Shown: positions 36,092 to 38,403 of the stretch, piece after piece
Layout: every line of letters begins with the position of its first letter
Position numbering within the stretch: position 1 is the first letter of the stretch
Source of the DNA: a virus
Virus genome (UHGV): UHGV-0824332
Length of the DNA stretch: 38,403 nt
Reading direction: 5' to 3' (one strand)
The notes under the pieces: generated by a model
Database searches by the model: none
What the model was told of the DNA's origin: nothing
The model's input: the letters and a program-made list of their open reading frames with translations, nothing else
Position numbers and translations under genes: made by a program

Positions 36092-36340
36092 ATGAAAGGT
36101 GCATTAGGTAAGAAGGAACTCCTGGCGGTGGTGCCACTGTCATGGAGCACTATCGACCGTATGGAGCGCGCAGGTGAATTTCCTAAACGCTGGTATATCA
36201 CTGACAAACGCTGCGCATGGAACCGTGACGAAGTTGAGCGTTGGCTTGATGAACGTCAGGCAGCAAGCCCGGCAGAGTTCCAGGGTAAAAAGCCTCCTGT
36301 TCAGCAACGTGTATATCGTCCTGTGAGCAACGCTGCATGA
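36092..36340 (+). CDS. AlpA-family HTH regulator / excisionase-like protein
   Basis: 82 aa, N-terminal AlpA-type HTH, near the integrase. Confidence 0.6.
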   Translation: MKGALGKKELLAVVPLSWSTIDRMERAGEFPKRWYITDKRCAWNRDEVERWLDERQAASPAEFQGKKPPVQQRVYRPVSNAA

Positions 36341-36449
36341 GTGTGCTGCTAAGGCACTGGAGCAAATGGTCAGGATGGTACTTATTCCTGGCCTCTGTTT
36401 CAGCATGGCTTTATCTGCTGGCATTAATTTTCAGAGAGGGTTGGATTAA

Positions 36450-36749
36450 GTGAGAAAGTTAAGCCGACTTGAAAAATATCACATGAACAAGGTTTCAATG
36501 CGCCGTCCTTCAAAGGTTGTTGCCGTTACTCCTGCGGCGATAGAGATCGAAAAACTCGCGATTGAAAGAGAGAAAAAAGGGCAGTTCCGCATTGCCGCTC
36601 ACCTTTGGCTTCAGTGTATGGATGTTGCTTCTGGTGATGTTGAACGTGCAAGGATCGCGGTTCGCAGGGACCAATGTATCACAAAAGGTAACGGCCTTCG
36701 CCGTGGCGACTATAGCGGCATAGGATGTTGTGGGGTGGTTTATGACTAA
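36450..36749 (+). CDS. Small regulator-like protein (possibly ANR family)
   Basis: 99 aa; GTG start preceded by GAGAGGG; family call from memory. Confidence 0.4.
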   Translation: MRKLSRLEKYHMNKVSMRRPSKVVAVTPAAIEIEKLAIEREKKGQFRIAAHLWLQCMDVASGDVERARIAVRRDQCITKGNGLRRGDYSGIGCCGVVYD

Positions 36750-37392
36750 GAAATACACACTAATCTATGCAGATCCACCCTGGGTATACCGGGACAAAGC
36801 CGCAGATGGTAATCGCGGTGCCGGTTTTAAATATCCGGTTATGAGTGTGCTGGATATCTGCCGCCTTCCTGTGTGGGATTTAGCCGATGAAAACTGTCTG
36901 TTGGCCATGTGGTGGGTGCCAACACAACCACTCGAAGCACTAAAAGTTGTTGAAGCCTGGGGATTCCGTCTTATGACCATGAAGGGCTTCACGTGGATAA
37001 AATGTGGTAGTCGACAACCAGATAAACTGGTTATGGGTATGGGACACATGACTCGCGCCAATAGTGAAGATTGCCTGTTTGCGGTAAAGGGAAAACTACC
37101 TCCGCGCATTAATGCAGGGATCGTTCAGTCATTTACTGCACCGCGGCTTGAGCACTCAAGAAAACCAGATGTCGTTCGTGAAAAACTTGTGCAATTGTTA
37201 GGCGATGTTTCTCGCATTGAACTATTCGCCCGCCAGTCGTCTCATGGCTTCGATGTTTGGGGTAATCAGTGCGAAGACCCGGCAGTGCAACTACACCCTG
37301 GATACGCGTTGGATATTGCCAGATTAACAAATGCATTCAGCAATGCTCCGCTGTCACCAACAGACAACCAGGGGCGGGAGCGTGCTGCATGA
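36742..37392 (+). CDS. MT-A70 family N6-adenine DNA methyltransferase (orphan)
   Basis: IYADPPWVY motif (DPPW) near N-terminus; no adjacent restriction enzyme. Confidence 0.8.
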   Translation: MTKKYTLIYADPPWVYRDKAADGNRGAGFKYPVMSVLDICRLPVWDLADENCLLAMWWVPTQPLEALKVVEAWGFRLMTMKGFTWIKCGSRQPDKLVMGMGHMTRANSEDCLFAVKGKLPPRINAGIVQSFTAPRLEHSRKPDVVREKLVQLLGDVSRIELFARQSSHGFDVWGNQCEDPAVQLHPGYALDIARLTNAFSNAPLSPTDNQGRERAA

Positions 37393-37583
37393 ACAGGGCA
37401 TCACCAGCAGATTTAAGAAAATGCCTTGAAACTGCAAACATGCTTGCACACAGCGGGCTCAGGTTTGTTCCAATTCCCGCTGTCACTGATGCTGAATTTG
37501 CAACACTGTCAGCAATATTCGAAAACAAAATTGAATCACTGGCAGCAGAAGCAGAGATGGAAGAAAATCAGCAGAACTATTAA
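37389..37583 (+). CDS. Hypothetical small acidic protein
   Basis: 64 aa, ATG overlaps methyltransferase stop. Confidence 0.4.
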   Translation: MNRASPADLRKCLETANMLAHSGLRFVPIPAVTDAEFATLSAIFENKIESLAAEAEMEENQQNY

Positions 37584-37586
37584 ACG

Positions 37587-38276
37587 TTATTCCCCCGCCA
37601 TCCACTTCTCAAACTTCGACGGGGAGAACGGAATCAGATCCGTATGCTCCCCGTTAATCCAGGAATCAATCATATCGGCCCACTGCTGCAACATGTAGGC
37701 GCGCTGTCTGGCGTATTCCGCTTTGTTATATACGGCGCGCACACCTTTCTGCTCATGTGCCAGAGCCTTTTCAATCCAGTCTGAAGGATAACCAGCCTCA
37801 TGCAACAACGTACTGGCTGTACGGCGCATATCGTGTACGGTGAAGCCCTGAATATGCTCACCATCTTCATTTATTATTTTCACCGTTCTGTCGATCAGAG
37901 AGTTCAGCGCGGCATTAGATAATGGCTTCCGGAAATTGTAACGACCAGGAACCAGATATTCACTTCCACCAGCGCACATCTGCAACCCAACCAATATATC
38001 CTGTGCCTGTTTAGGCAGGTAAATAACGTGCGCCCGGCTTCCCTTCATGCGGTCTGAAGGAATTGTCCATGTCCATTTTTTAAAATCTATTTCATCCCAC
38101 GTTGCATTGGTGAATTCGCCTTTACGAACCATAGTGATAAGCACCAGCTTTAAAGCCATTTTCATAGTGCCCATAGCACCAATGGCATCCAGCGTGCGGA
38201 AGAACAGGCCAATTTCTTCTGGTGTCAGTGTTCGCTCTCGTGGTTTAAATATGGCGATAGACGAAGGTTTAATGTC
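37587..38276 (-). pseudogene. Tyrosine integrase, C-terminal catalytic fragment (about residues 185-413 of a CP4-57 IntA-like integrase), 5'-truncated at the inverted-repeat junction
   Basis: Frame open to 38276; motifs ATWDEIDF, IPSDRMKGSRAHVIYLP, HDMRRTASTLL, ALAHEQKGVRAVYNKAEY; junction at 38276/38277 removes the N-terminal 180 or so codons. Confidence 0.75.
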
Positions 38277-38403
38277 AGCCGCAGGACAAACTGTACAAGG
38301 TCTCCGATCGTGACGGGCTGTATGTAGCTGTGCTTACGTCAGGCACGGTCTCGTTTCGCTATGACTACCGTATCAACGGTCGCCGCGAAACACTGGTAAT
38401 CGG
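38277..38403. repeat. Right copy of the 127-bp terminal inverted repeat; plus strand encodes integrase residues about 12-53 with no start codon
   Basis: Reverse complement identical to 1..127; plus-strand frame DKLYKVSDRDGLYVAVLTSGTVSFRYDYRINGRRETLVIG. Confidence 0.85.

Noticed and set aside
1-38403. CRISPR arrays or cas genes
   Set aside because: No regularly spaced short direct repeats with unique spacers were seen; the only tandem repeats are the ori iterons inside the O gene.

Overview
The window is essentially one ~38 kb temperate phage genome (prophage or phage contig) of enterobacterial type. Coordinates of non-CDS features were read by eye and may be off by a few bp; all protein family calls are from motif recognition, not searches. 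Early/immunity region (about 30.1-38.3 kb): a tandem-HTH CI-like repressor with no S24 peptidase domain, a divergent Cro-like gene, lambda-type O/P replication genes with iterons inside O, YqaJ-type exonuclease plus RecT, an AlpA-like regulator, an MT-A70 adenine methyltransferase and a tyrosine integrase. Late region (minus strand, about 27.0 kb down to 0.5 kb): small and large terminase, portal, scaffold, major capsid, T7-like tail tubular A/B-like proteins, three internal virion/ejection proteins, a beta-helix tailspike, then holins, a GH19 endolysin and Rz/Rz1. This layout resembles epsilon15/phiV10-like temperate podoviruses; no Q-type antiterminator was recognised. The most unusual content is (1) a 15-bp palindrome TTACC-N5-GGTAA present at 14 or more intergenic sites, (2) a low-GC moron island at 5.1-8.4 kb holding a LexA-boxed antirepressor module, an operator-controlled pair of small membrane proteins, a secreted mini-peptide and a secreted ankyrin-like protein, (3) a tRNA-Arg(UCU) moron with a structured upstream region between terminase and portal, and (4) a perfect 127-bp inverted repeat at the two window ends that carries integrase 5' coding sequence and truncates the minus-strand integrase.
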